Below, piece after piece: positions 1-9,101 of a stretch of DNA of 64,000 nucleotides. Source of the stretch: Candidatus Woesearchaeota archaeon (lineage in GTDB: Archaea > Nanobdellota > Nanobdellia > SCGC-AAA011-G17 > UBA489); contig JABIKK010000011.1 in the NCBI GenBank assembly GCA_018655015.1, positions 1,323-65,322 on the forward strand, in the 5' to 3' direction. Made by a program: the position numbers and the translations under genes. Below the pieces are notes generated by a model, which saw nothing but the letters and a program-made list of their open reading frames with translations, had not been told where the DNA came from and did not search any database. Each line of letters opens with the position of its first letter. The first letter of the stretch is position 1.

Positions 1-2
1 TA

Positions 3-152
3 AAAAAGAGATATTTGGCAGAATTTGTTGTTTTTAGAGGTATTTTAGAGAGTATTGGAAAAATAGTTTTACTCGGAGTATTGGCTATATTCATGCACTA
101 CAACGCTGCTTTCCTTACATCTGCAGTAATGTACTTGACTTTCCTGTTCTAA
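3..152 (+). CDS. 3' end of an ORF truncated by the window edge; hydrophobic C-terminus, product unknown
   Basis: Open frame from the window edge to TAA at 150-152. It translates to ...LLGVLAIFMHYNAAFLTSAVMYLTFLF*. No recognisable family. Confidence 0.3.
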   Translation, partial: KKRYLAEFVVFRGILESIGKIVLLGVLAIFMHYNAAFLTSAVMYLTFLF

Positions 153-222
153 TAGAAAGGCTTTAAAACGCTGATTTTAAGTTAATTCTTAGTGGAATGT
201 GGGCTTCACTCGCCTGAACTGC

Positions 223-230
223 TTATAAAA
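223..230 (+). promoter_or_regulatory. TATA-box-like element (TTATAAAA) upstream of rpl15e
   Basis: A/T octamer 24-31 nt upstream of ATG 254. The same spacing recurs before many genes in this window. Confidence 0.5.
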
Positions 231-253
231 TAAAATAATGGAAGTGCAATAAA

Positions 254-793
254 ATGGGAATGTATCAACACATAAGAGAAACTGCGAAAAATATCTCGCC
301 TGAATTAAGAAGAGATAGACTTGCAGATTGGAGACGTTCTTTAGCTGTTTCTAGAGTTGCTAGACCTACAAATTTAGCTAGGGCAAGAAGTTTGGGCTAT
401 AGGGCTAAGGAAGGGATTATTGTCGCAAGAGTTAGAGTTCTTAGAGGTGGAAGAAAGAGACCTTTAATTAAGAAAGGTAGAAGATCTAAAACTCGAAGAA
501 TGAAGAAGATTCTAGATATGAATTATCAAACTGTTTGTGAAAACAGAGCAAATAAAAAATATCCAAATTGTGAAGTTCTTAATAGTTATTTTTTAGCTAA
601 AGATGGTAAACATATTTGGTATGATGTAATTTTAGTGGACATTAACAGTCCTTCAATTAAGAAAGATAAGAAACTTAATTGGATTACAAAAGGAAAGCAC
701 ATTGGAAGATCCAATAGAGGATTGACTTCTTCTGCTAAAAAGTCAAGGGGACTCAGAAGAAAAGGAAAAGGTGCTGAAAAAGTAAGGAATTAA
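254..793 (+). CDS. rpl15e: 50S ribosomal protein L15e
   Basis: The translation (MGMYQHIRE...WRRSLAVSRVARPTNLARARSLGYRAKEGIIVARVRVLRGGRKRP...) matches the L15e family pattern. Very basic, 179 aa. Confidence 0.9.
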   Translation: MGMYQHIRETAKNISPELRRDRLADWRRSLAVSRVARPTNLARARSLGYRAKEGIIVARVRVLRGGRKRPLIKKGRRSKTRRMKKILDMNYQTVCENRANKKYPNCEVLNSYFLAKDGKHIWYDVILVDINSPSIKKDKKLNWITKGKHIGRSNRGLTSSAKKSRGLRRKGKGAEKVRN

Positions 794-1111
794 TTATTTC
801 CTTACAATATTTATTTTTATTCTTTTAAATTTTGGAAGCTTTGGCCTTTTGCCTGTAAATATACTAAGCAATGCTCCTGCTATTAAAATTACAATTAAGG
901 TTCCAAAGATAACTGCTCCGAATAAAATACCAATAACAAAAATTAATGGAAATAATAATGCTAGCGCAATTCTCCATTTTGTTGGAATTACTGACCTATT
1001 CATTATTTTTATTTTGCTTGTTTGGACATAGATGAATAACCCAATTAGTAAGAACACGTATCCTAAGATTTTTTGCCATAGTGGCATTGAAACTATGATC
1101 CCTTCGAGCAT
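794..1111 (-). CDS. hypothetical small membrane protein (about 3 TM helices, basic C-terminus)
   Basis: 105-aa ORF with hydrophobic segments. Its start is about 25 nt from the palindromic TATA at 1132-1140. No family recognised. Confidence 0.5.
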   Translation of the reverse strand: MLEGIIVSMPLWQKILGYVFLLIGLFIYVQTSKIKIMNRSVIPTKWRIALALLFPLIFVIGILFGAVIFGTLIVILIAGALLSIFTGKRPKLPKFKRIKINIVRK

Positions 1112-1131
1112 GGACTGTTCTAGGTAGAATG

Positions 1132-1140
1132 ATTTATAAA
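1132..1140. promoter_or_regulatory. shared palindromic TATA box (ATTTATAAA) between divergent genes
   Basis: The TTTATAAA core is self-complementary. It lies about 25 nt from the minus-strand start at 1111 and about 26 nt from the plus-strand ATG at 1163. Confidence 0.5.
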
Positions 1141-1162
1141 CATTTATAGTGAATAGTGTGCT

Positions 1163-2191
1163 ATGTTAACAGACACTCAGATTATGGAGATTAGGGGCTT
1201 TTTAGAGAAGGCGGAGAATCCATTGTATTTATTTGACGATGACCCTGATGGACTGACTTCTTACTTACTTTTAAAAAAGAAATATAAAAAAGGCCACGGT
1301 ACATGCGTTAAATCTTCCCCTAGATCTAGTGTAGTTTATTCTGCATCTTATAGGAAACATAAACCTGACTTGGTTGTTATTCTTGACAAACCAAATATAA
1401 GTCAAGAAATATTGGATGAATTTAATGTTCCCGTTGTTTGGATCGACCATCATCAATTGGTTGAAAGGGATGGCGTAAACTATTATAATCCTATGGCTGG
1501 CGACAGTCCAGATAATAGGCCTACAAGTTATTGGGCATATAGGGTTGTTGAAGAAAATGAATGGGTTGCATTGGTTGGAATTATTGGAGATTGGCATGTG
1601 CCTGAAAAAGATATTGTTGAAAAATTTGGTTATCCTGAGCTTTTGGGTGACGCTAAAACACCTCCAGAATTAATGTTTGATGCAGAATTTGGGAAGTTCA
1701 TTAAAATATTTTCTTTTATAATGAAGGGAAGTAATGAAAGTATGGATGAATGTATAAATGGTTTAGAAATAATAAACGATCCAATGGAAATTCTTGAAAG
1801 GAAAAATGAGGTCGGGAAATTAATTTATGATAAATATGAAAGGATAAATAGAGAGTATGAAATTTGTTTAAAAGATGCATTGTCTCAAGAAGATGAGGGA
1901 GTTTATGTTTACACTTATGTGGAAGATAAGAATAGCTTCACGGGTAACTTATCAAATGAATTATTGCATAGACTGAAGAGTGAAGTAATTATTATTGGAA
2001 GGGAGAAGGATGGAGACTTTCGTTTAAGTCTTAGAAGTAAGGGTAAACCAATAAGAATGGTCCTCCAAAAGGCCCTTGAAGAGGTTGAAGGGTACGGTGG
2101 GGGTCATGATATGGCTTGTGGGGCCTCTGTTAAGGTGCAAGATTTTTCAAAGTTTATAGAAATTATAAAGAAAGAATATAAAAAAGAGTAG
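1163..2191 (+). CDS. DHH/DHHA1 family phosphoesterase (RecJ-like / nanoRNase-like)
   Basis: Motifs DDDPDG, WIDHHQ (DHH) and GYGGGHDMACG (the DHHA1 GGGH motif). Confidence 0.8.
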   Translation: MLTDTQIMEIRGFLEKAENPLYLFDDDPDGLTSYLLLKKKYKKGHGTCVKSSPRSSVVYSASYRKHKPDLVVILDKPNISQEILDEFNVPVVWIDHHQLVERDGVNYYNPMAGDSPDNRPTSYWAYRVVEENEWVALVGIIGDWHVPEKDIVEKFGYPELLGDAKTPPELMFDAEFGKFIKIFSFIMKGSNESMDECINGLEIINDPMEILERKNEVGKLIYDKYERINREYEICLKDALSQEDEGVYVYTYVEDKNSFTGNLSNELLHRLKSEVIIIGREKDGDFRLSLRSKGKPIRMVLQKALEEVEGYGGGHDMACGASVKVQDFSKFIEIIKKEYKKE

Positions 2192-4141
2192 ATGGTTAAT
2201 TTTATGATGAAGAAATTATTTTTATTTTTATTCGTTTTTACTTTAGCATTATCTTTTGTTAATGCCGAACCAGTTGATAATTATAATGAGTTTCAATATG
2301 TAGAGATGGCTTTATCTCTTTCATCATATGTGGATTTAGAACATACTTCTGGATCGCACTCCGTTGAGTATGTTAGAAGCGAACTTTCTTTCTTTCCTAG
2401 AGATGGTGATAGGCAAGATGTTAAGGATTTAGAAGCATTTTCTTCGCCGAGTTCAACAATACAACAAGGAACGGAAAGTATAACCTATACTTGGTCGGGT
2501 GATGAGGCTTTGAGACTTAGTTATAGTTATGATGCAGTTGTTCGGGTGGAGAATTCTCTTACAAGAATTGATCAAAAGATTAAGTTCCCGTTAGCTAAAC
2601 TAGATTCAATTGTTTTAGAATACACACAGCCTACGGAATTCATAGACATCAACTCTAAGATTGAGAAAAAGGCAAAAGAAATAATTGGAACTGAAGACGA
2701 TTTATATGAGGCAGTTTTTAAAATTGCAGATTGGACCAACAAGAATATTGAGTATAATCTAAGCACATTAACCGCTGAAGCTGTACTACCTAGTAGTTGG
2801 GTTCTAGAAAATAGGCAAGGTGTTTGTGATGAGATGACAAATTTGTTTATATCTTTGTTAAGGTCTGTGGGGATTCCTGCAAGATTTGTTTCTGGAATGG
2901 TTTACTCAAATACAGATTATAGTTGGGGACCACATGGTTGGACTGAGGTATACTTCCCAGAAATAGGATGGGTTCCATTTGATGTTACATTTGGAGAATA
3001 TGGGTGGGTTGATCCATCTCATTTGAAATTGAAAGATAATATTGACTCGGGTAGCCCTACGGCTAAATATTCTTGGAAATCTACTGGAACTGATCTGAAT
3101 GTTGGTGCGCTAGAGATAAACACTGAGGAATTAAAAGTTGGTCCTGTAAAGTCAGGTGCTGTTGAAGTTGAAGTTATTCCTATGTTTCCAACTGCCAAAT
3201 TCGGAAGTTATGTTCCTGTTGAAATAAGGGTTAGAAATATTAAGAATAGTTATATTATTCCAAAAATAGTCGTTTCTAAAGCTCCGGGATTAACTGAAAA
3301 AAATGTAAAAAGTATTTTTCTAAAACCTAAGGAAGAAAAGAGCATCTACTGGATTGCAGAGATATCTAATGACGATCCAGGTTATATCTATACTACTACT
3401 TTAGAAGCTAAAAGTATGTATGGGGAGGTTGGTTCTTCAATCATAAAATATGGTGGCGATTTTGAGTTCCACTCTAAAGAAAGTGCTTTAGCTTTTGTTG
3501 AAGGCCAGGAAGAAAGAGATGAAAAGGAAGAGTTAGACAATATCGATATAAGTTGTAGTACTGGTAAAGATCTTTATTATTCTGGTGAGACTGCAACCAT
3601 TGAGTGCGAAGTTAAGAGCAACCATAATTCTCCAATGGATGTTGATATTTGTTTCCAGCAGGAATGTACTAAATTCGACATTGGTGCAGGAGATAAAATA
3701 GTTGCAAGCGAAACATTTGATTTAACTGAAGGAATTAGAATTCCTGTTGTTTTAGAGAGTATGGATAAAATAAAGTATGAGTATGTTAACATTAATGTCA
3801 TTCCCATTCCAGAAATAACAATTAGCAATCCAGATCCTGCAGAGGTGAATTATCACGACCAAGCAGAGATTAGTTTTGATATAAGCTCAAATACAGATGT
3901 TACTGATTTGAATATTAAGTTTGATTTTGGAGAAATGTCCTATGATAATTTTAAGGCTAAAGAAGTTAGGACGATTACAATAAATACACTGGGTAGAGAT
4001 CTTATGAGCGATATTAAGTTTGAAATGAGTTACAAAGATGAACTTGGAATGGACTACAGGGAACAGAAAGCCCTCCATATAATTGTTAAAGATATTCCTT
4101 GGTATGGGCCTTTCGTTAATTGGATGAGAAATATTTTCTAG
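2192..4141 (+). CDS. secreted transglutaminase-like domain protein with Ig-like C-terminal region
   Basis: N-terminal signal peptide (MMKKLFLFLFVFTLALSFVNA). Transglutaminase-core Cys/His/Asp context: QGVCDEMTNLF ... GPHGWTEVYF ... VPFDVT. Confidence 0.75.
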   Translation: MVNFMMKKLFLFLFVFTLALSFVNAEPVDNYNEFQYVEMALSLSSYVDLEHTSGSHSVEYVRSELSFFPRDGDRQDVKDLEAFSSPSSTIQQGTESITYTWSGDEALRLSYSYDAVVRVENSLTRIDQKIKFPLAKLDSIVLEYTQPTEFIDINSKIEKKAKEIIGTEDDLYEAVFKIADWTNKNIEYNLSTLTAEAVLPSSWVLENRQGVCDEMTNLFISLLRSVGIPARFVSGMVYSNTDYSWGPHGWTEVYFPEIGWVPFDVTFGEYGWVDPSHLKLKDNIDSGSPTAKYSWKSTGTDLNVGALEINTEELKVGPVKSGAVEVEVIPMFPTAKFGSYVPVEIRVRNIKNSYIIPKIVVSKAPGLTEKNVKSIFLKPKEEKSIYWIAEISNDDPGYIYTTTLEAKSMYGEVGSSIIKYGGDFEFHSKESALAFVEGQEERDEKEELDNIDISCSTGKDLYYSGETATIECEVKSNHNSPMDVDICFQQECTKFDIGAGDKIVASETFDLTEGIRIPVVLESMDKIKYEYVNINVIPIPEITISNPDPAEVNYHDQAEISFDISSNTDVTDLNIKFDFGEMSYDNFKAKEVRTITINTLGRDLMSDIKFEMSYKDELGMDYREQKALHIIVKDIPWYGPFVNWMRNIF

Positions 4142-5595
4142 TAAGATTTAGCAGTGTAAACAATATGTTTTGCTTTTTTGTTACATACAATACAGTTTCC
4201 TGAAGCCTTTTCTTCTTTGGGGTATAAAGTTCCACAAACATTTACTCCGTCTGTTTGTTCCTTTAGTTTGTCTGCACAGGCTTCTCCGTCTTTATCTACG
4301 GAGCAGAATGGAACCCTTACGAATCCCCTATAAGATTTCATAATTCTCTTGAGTTCATCTAGATCTTTTGCATCGTGAGTGTTATCTTTAAAATAGGTTT
4401 TTGATTTATTTTCTATTTCTTTGTCTAAAATGTCTGCTTGTTTTTTTATCTCTGAATTAACATCCTTTAATTTAGTCTGGATTTTATTTCTATTTGTTCT
4501 TAATACCACTGTTACGGTTTTTGATGAAACTTCTTTAGGTCCAACTTCAATTCTGATTGGAACGCCCTTCATTTCCCAGTTATTATATTTAAATCCTGGA
4601 GTTGCTTCTGAATCGTCAACTATGCAGGAGAAGTTAAGTGATTCTTTTAACTCATTGCAGTAATTTAATACTGATTTTTTATCCTTGTCTTTAAAAATTG
4701 GTACAACTACAACTTGTTTCGGAGCTAAGTCAAATGGCAGTATTAGTCCATTATCATCTCCGTGAATGCCTATTAAGGCAGCCATAATTCTCCATATACC
4801 TGGGCCGTAACATGTTTGAAATGGTTGTTTTTTCTTTCCATCTTTATCTTGGAAATTAATATCAAATGCCTTTGCAAAGTTTTGTCCCAAATCATGAGTG
4901 GATGCTAATTGGTTTCTTTTCCCGTCAGGCATTAATGTATCTGGCGTGAATGTATTTGATGCCCCTTTGAACTTATCCCATGATGGTCTTTTGAATAGTA
5001 AAAATGGAATCTTACATTGTTTTCTTATAACATCCTCTGAGATTTTTATATCTTTTTCAACTTGAGTAAGTGCTTCTTTATGAGTTGAGAACACATCATG
5101 TGTTTCAAAGAACATAAACTCTCTACCTCTTAAGAAAGGTCTTGTTGTTTTTTCACTTCTATAAGTACAAATTCTTGATTGGTATCCTTTGTATGGGAGA
5201 TCATTATAACTTCTAATCCATAGAGAATACATAGGATAAATCTGTGTTTCTCCTGTTGGGCGAAGAGCAACTTCTTCTTCCATTTTTTTACTTCCAGATT
5301 TTGTTATCCAGAAAACTTCTGGAGCGAAACCAGCATGTTCTTCTTCCTTGTCTAGATTTTCTTTTTTTATTACTAGAGGAAATAAGAATGGTTCGTGATT
5401 ATCTAATTCAACTTCATGCTCTAACATTTCGTAGATCTTTCTTAGAATTCTAAATCCCCAAGGTGAATGTACTATGAACCCTTGTACGCCATACCTGATA
5501 TCTGCTAGTTCTGCTTTTTGAACTACCTGAGAATACCACTCTGAGAAGTCTTCGCTCTTTTTTACAGTAATACCTTCATTAGTCTCTTTTGACAT
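4138..5595 (-). CDS. proS: prolyl-tRNA synthetase, archaeal/eukaryal type
   Basis: Class II aaRS motifs (YRSEKTTRPFLRGREF). 485 aa, ending in ...AKSY with the C-terminal Tyr typical of archaeal-type ProRS. Confidence 0.9.
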   Translation of the reverse strand: MSKETNEGITVKKSEDFSEWYSQVVQKAELADIRYGVQGFIVHSPWGFRILRKIYEMLEHEVELDNHEPFLFPLVIKKENLDKEEEHAGFAPEVFWITKSGSKKMEEEVALRPTGETQIYPMYSLWIRSYNDLPYKGYQSRICTYRSEKTTRPFLRGREFMFFETHDVFSTHKEALTQVEKDIKISEDVIRKQCKIPFLLFKRPSWDKFKGASNTFTPDTLMPDGKRNQLASTHDLGQNFAKAFDINFQDKDGKKKQPFQTCYGPGIWRIMAALIGIHGDDNGLILPFDLAPKQVVVVPIFKDKDKKSVLNYCNELKESLNFSCIVDDSEATPGFKYNNWEMKGVPIRIEVGPKEVSSKTVTVVLRTNRNKIQTKLKDVNSEIKKQADILDKEIENKSKTYFKDNTHDAKDLDELKRIMKSYRGFVRVPFCSVDKDGEACADKLKEQTDGVNVCGTLYPKEEKASGNCIVCNKKAKHIVYTAKSY

Positions 5596-5615
5596 TTTAT
5601 TGAGAACTTAATTGG

Positions 5616-5624
5616 TTATATAAA
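5616..5624 (-). promoter_or_regulatory. TATA-like element for proS (minus-strand TTTATATAA)
   Basis: Lies 21-29 nt upstream of the proS ATG (5595), immediately after the stop of the mscS-like gene. Confidence 0.45.
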
Positions 5625-5626
5625 TG

Positions 5627-6691
5627 TTATTCCTTCTTTAAGTATACTGTTCTTGTGGGAAAAGGTATTCCAATTTTGCTTTTGTTAAGCGCCTTGTAGA
5701 TCTTTTCTGTTGCTTCTAATTCAGCTGAGAACTTGTCGGAATAGTCTGTAACCCAAAATCTTGCTTTAAACTCTAATGCAGAATCTCCCATTTTTAAGAA
5801 TAGAACTTGAATTGGTTTTTTGGTACTGTTTGGGACGATTGTTTTGATTGTTTGAATTGCTTCCTTTACTATTTTTTTTACACTTGTGGTATTTGCGCCA
5901 TATTCTACTCCAAATTCGACTTCACCACGTACACTTAGATCGGGTTTTTTGTAATTTTGGATAGTGGTATTTGCTAACTGCCCGTTGGGGATTATTAGTA
6001 ATTCGTTGCTCCAAGTTCTTAGTTTTGTACTTCTTAATCCCACATCTAAGATAGTTCCACTTTTTCCACCATCTAGTTTTACTACATCTCCAACTTTTAC
6101 TGCCTTGTCTAAAATTATACTAATTCCTCCAAAAATGTTTGCTAGACTGTCTTTTACTGCAAACCCTAATGCTAATCCTGCTAAGCCAACACCTGCAAGT
6201 AAACCAGTTACATCGATGCTCCATTCTCCTAGAACAAAGAAAATTCCTAAAATGATTATTATGGCATCTGTTGCTTTGTGAATTAAAGGTAATAGATCGT
6301 CATCTAAACTACTGTCGGTTTTTTCTGCCCAGTTTTTGCCCCAAGTGTTTAGAAATGCATTTGATACTTTTATCGCTAAACTAATTATTACAATTATTAA
6401 AAATGAATTTATTATATGGTGGAATGTAGAGATTATGTTTTCTGTAAAGGGTAAAACATTAACTGCAATCTTTAAACCAATCAAAGCCAAGAACTGAATT
6501 AAAGGTTTTCTTGCCGCCTCTATAATTTGATCATCTACTTGGTTTTTTGTTTTTGCTGCCAGCCTCCTTAGATTTCCTAAAATTATTACTTGGACTATCT
6601 TTGATAATATATAGAACACTATAACTATGAAAATAAACCTATAGTAAGGATTCTCCAAAAATTGCCCATAGATAATGTTGTCTAGTATCAC
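5627..6691 (-). CDS. mechanosensitive ion channel, MscS family
   Basis: N-terminal TM helices followed by the MscS beta-domain pattern (GDVVKLDGGKSGTILDVGLRSTKLRTWSNELLIIPNGQLANTTIQNY). Confidence 0.85.
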   Translation of the reverse strand: MILDNIIYGQFLENPYYRFIFIVIVFYILSKIVQVIILGNLRRLAAKTKNQVDDQIIEAARKPLIQFLALIGLKIAVNVLPFTENIISTFHHIINSFLIIVIISLAIKVSNAFLNTWGKNWAEKTDSSLDDDLLPLIHKATDAIIIILGIFFVLGEWSIDVTGLLAGVGLAGLALGFAVKDSLANIFGGISIILDKAVKVGDVVKLDGGKSGTILDVGLRSTKLRTWSNELLIIPNGQLANTTIQNYKKPDLSVRGEVEFGVEYGANTTSVKKIVKEAIQTIKTIVPNSTKKPIQVLFLKMGDSALEFKARFWVTDYSDKFSAELEATEKIYKALNKSKIGIPFPTRTVYLKKE

Positions 6692-6735
6692 CTTGTTTTG
6701 GATTATCTAGTTATTAGTTTAAATATGTTTTGGGA

Positions 6736-6807
6736 TGAGCCTAGGAGGAATCGAACCTCCTTCTCATGGTCCGAAGCCATGTATGCGATCCAGTACACCA
6801 TAGGCCC
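6736..6807 (-). tRNA. tRNA-Arg (anticodon UCG)
   Basis: Hand-folded cloverleaf: acceptor GGGCCTA/TAGGCTC, anticodon stem CATGG/CCATG with loop CTTCGGA, T arm GGAGG-TTCGATT-CCTCC, discriminator A. No encoded CCA. Confidence 0.85.
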
Positions 6808-6826
6808 GTTAGTTAGAATTTGAAAT

Positions 6827-7543
6827 TCATTTAAGTAGTTTTACCCTGTCTGATAAGGACATATTGGGTTGGCAAAATCCATGGTTTAACCATACTAATA
6901 ATCTTGAAAATTTTACTGGGTTTCTCATCCCTATTAGTGAAACCCATTTTAGAAGATTATTAACCCCATTAATTGTTATATGGAATTTCCTATGCTCCCC
7001 TTTCTTTATTGGATTAGATTTATGGATTCTAAAATTAAAATTTAGGATGGTTAGCAGAGCTCCAACATCTTGGATCAATTCTTTTGAAATACTAGATAAC
7101 ATTATTCTAGGATAATAATTATGCGTCCTTTTGTATTTAGAATAGGAACTATTACTCCTCCTAAAGAATCCAAGATGACCATCGGTGTCAAAGTATCCCC
7201 TTAAAAAATAAATCATGAAGATCTTTTTCTTGAATACAAATTTTGGAATACGCACAGTACTAGATTTTGCACCATATGGAAATCCAATTAAATTCATAAA
7301 CTCTACAATATTTTTCGACCTTATTACAAAACCATATGTTTTTCTACTTGGAAAGTATTTTGGATTTGGAAATTTGAAAAATTCCTCTTTAAATAACTTA
7401 GTAACGTGGAGGTCATAGTACCCCTGCTCTTCTAAATTTCCACTAATATCGAGCTCCACCCTTTTACCGTCGTTCCTAAGATAGCCGTCTCCAGCATGAA
7501 TCCCGCATATTTCTGCCAAGACTATTCCTCTTTTGAAAACCAT
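6827..7543 (-). CDS. free-standing double-motif LAGLIDADG homing-endonuclease-like protein
   Basis: Two LAGLIDADG-type motifs (LAEICGIHAGDGYL and IYFLRGYFDTDGHL). I moved the start to the internal Met (MVFKRGIV...) because a TATA-like element sits 20-28 nt upstream of it. The track ORF extends to 7654. Confidence 0.75.
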   Translation of the reverse strand: MVFKRGIVLAEICGIHAGDGYLRNDGKRVELDISGNLEEQGYYDLHVTKLFKEEFFKFPNPKYFPSRKTYGFVIRSKNIVEFMNLIGFPYGAKSSTVRIPKFVFKKKIFMIYFLRGYFDTDGHLGFFRRSNSSYSKYKRTHNYYPRIMLSSISKELIQDVGALLTILNFNFRIHKSNPIKKGEHRKFHITINGVNNLLKWVSLIGMRNPVKFSRLLVWLNHGFCQPNMSLSDRVKLLK

Positions 7544-7562
7544 CGAGATCGGATACACTGAA

Positions 7563-7571
7563 TGTATAAAA
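7563..7571 (-). promoter_or_regulatory. TATA-like element (minus-strand TTTTATACA) for the LAGLIDADG gene
   Basis: 20-28 nt upstream of the ATG at 7543. Confidence 0.4.
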
Positions 7572-7644
7572 CACTTGGTGTGGTTGGAGGTAAGTGCAGA
7601 TTCTATCAAAAGAGTTATAAATTTTAAGGGTATTCTTGAACTTA

Positions 7645-7776
7645 ATGAAAACAATAGTAATCATAATCTTATTGATAATAGTCTTAGGATTGTACTTTTA
7701 TACAGATTTAACCAAAGACGTAATTAGTTTTACTGGAGATTTTTTAGTTGAAAAAGCGAGAGAAATAGTTAATTAA
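7645..7776 (+). CDS. possible 43-aa single-TM microprotein (not in ORF track)
   Basis: ATG 7645 to TAA 7774-7776 gives MKTIVIIILLIIVLGLYFYTDLTKDVISFTGDFLVEKAREIVN. A TATA-like GTTATAAATTTTAA lies 20-30 nt upstream. A 44-codon open frame is notable in AT-rich DNA. Confidence 0.35.
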   Translation: MKTIVIIILLIIVLGLYFYTDLTKDVISFTGDFLVEKAREIVN

Positions 7777-8675
7777 GCTGAATTATTTAATTCTGTGTCA
7801 TGAATTATTATTCTCAGTTTTGCAGTTTCTAATGTTTCGCCACTATAGAATACATTATCACAACTTGAAGTTTCGCAGAAGTAACACCTTGCTTCATATT
7901 CCATAGTTATTTTTCCAATACCTGATACTGCATCATTAAGTTCTTCTTCGTCACCCTGGGCCATTTCTAGAATGTATCTATCTAAGTGATAATCAGTCTC
8001 GTCGATTTCTCCATCTTGGTCTTCGTCGATTTCTGTTTTTTTATCTAATTTGCATTGAATTTCGGTTAATTCTTCATTCTCAACATAAACTCTATATCTG
8101 TATGTTGCTGAACCTCCCCCAGTCCATATTTGAATTAGATTTCCACCAACCTTTCCTGAAGAGTCAAATGTACCTAGGCTGTTAATATCTTCATGTTCAT
8201 CCACAAGGTAGAGTTTAAACTCTGGTCCAATTGTAATGACTGTTTCGTTTGTTTCGTTTGTTTCTTCTTCAATTATTGTATCTTCATTCTGAGATTCATT
8301 AATTGTCTTTTGGAGTTCGTCTAGTTTCTTTTGAAGTTCGTCAACACCATTATCATTTTCAGTTGTAACTGTGCCTGGAACCATAATTCTTGAAACAAAG
8401 AATATACCTATGATTATTAATGCTACAAAGAATGCTAAACCTAAGAAAATCCATCGAATATTGTCATTTCCACCATGGTGGTAGCTCGGACCACTATGCC
8501 CTCTGTGAGGTGAGTGCGGTTCATTAGGAACGTGAGTAATTTCTCTTTTTCTTTTTATTTCAACTTCTTTTTTAGAATGATCATACTTCTTTTTATCTGA
8601 TTTCTTTTGAGATTCTAAATGATCTTTTTTGTGTTCAAGTTCTTTTTTCTTTTTTAAATATTCATCAATGTCCAT
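7773..8675 (-). CDS. hypothetical single-pass membrane protein (K/E-rich and His-rich N-terminus, acidic extracellular domain)
   Basis: 300-aa ORF. Central TM segment (IRWIFLGLAFFVALIIIGIFFV) followed by a D/E-rich domain with 4 Cys near the C-terminus. No family recognised. Confidence 0.6.
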   Translation of the reverse strand: MDIDEYLKKKKELEHKKDHLESQKKSDKKKYDHSKKEVEIKRKREITHVPNEPHSPHRGHSGPSYHHGGNDNIRWIFLGLAFFVALIIIGIFFVSRIMVPGTVTTENDNGVDELQKKLDELQKTINESQNEDTIIEEETNETNETVITIGPEFKLYLVDEHEDINSLGTFDSSGKVGGNLIQIWTGGGSATYRYRVYVENEELTEIQCKLDKKTEIDEDQDGEIDETDYHLDRYILEMAQGDEEELNDAVSGIGKITMEYEARCYFCETSSCDNVFYSGETLETAKLRIIIHDTELNNSA

Positions 8676-8759
8676 TTTGAAGTAGTATCATCTATAACTT
8701 TTTAGCTCAATGAAAAAATGCTTATTTTCTATATAAGCTTTTCTGTGATTTTGTTGTCT

Positions 8760-9101
8760 TTATCTATATGTGGTTGCCCTTTCAATTGCTTTAGCACAAG
8801 AGACTGGAACAAAAATTCTAGATATACTTTCATCCCTAGTGAATACTAATTCATAAAATTTTCTTAAGCCATCTTTGATGGGGTGTTCGTGGGAACAGTA
8901 TGGGCCTCTAAATATTGGATTAGGCTCACCTAGAATCGTAGAGAACTCCCCTTCCTCTAAAAGATTCATTTCTATATTGGTTCCCCTTACACTTGGCATT
9001 TGTAGGTTCCTAACGGCCGCTCGAATTGTGTCTAGCATTACGCCTGATTCAAATTCAAACTCTCTGCAAAGAATTCTTGGTCTTTCTGTTTTCTTTTTCA
9101 T
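8760..9101 (-). CDS. hypothetical 113-aa protein translationally coupled to asnS
   Basis: Its ATG overlaps the asnS TGA (ATGA overlap at 9098-9101). No family recognised by eye. Confidence 0.6.
   Translation of the reverse strand: MKKKTERPRILCREFEFESGVMLDTIRAAVRNLQMPSVRGTNIEMNLLEEGEFSTILGEPNPIFRGPYCSHEHPIKDGLRKFYELVFTRDESISRIFVPVSCAKAIERATTYR

Noticed and set aside
7544-7654. N-terminal 37-aa extension of the LAGLIDADG ORF in the track
   Set aside because: The extension has no similarity to the endonuclease fold. The internal Met has a TATA-like box at the standard distance. The region is better explained by a plus-strand promoter and small ORF.
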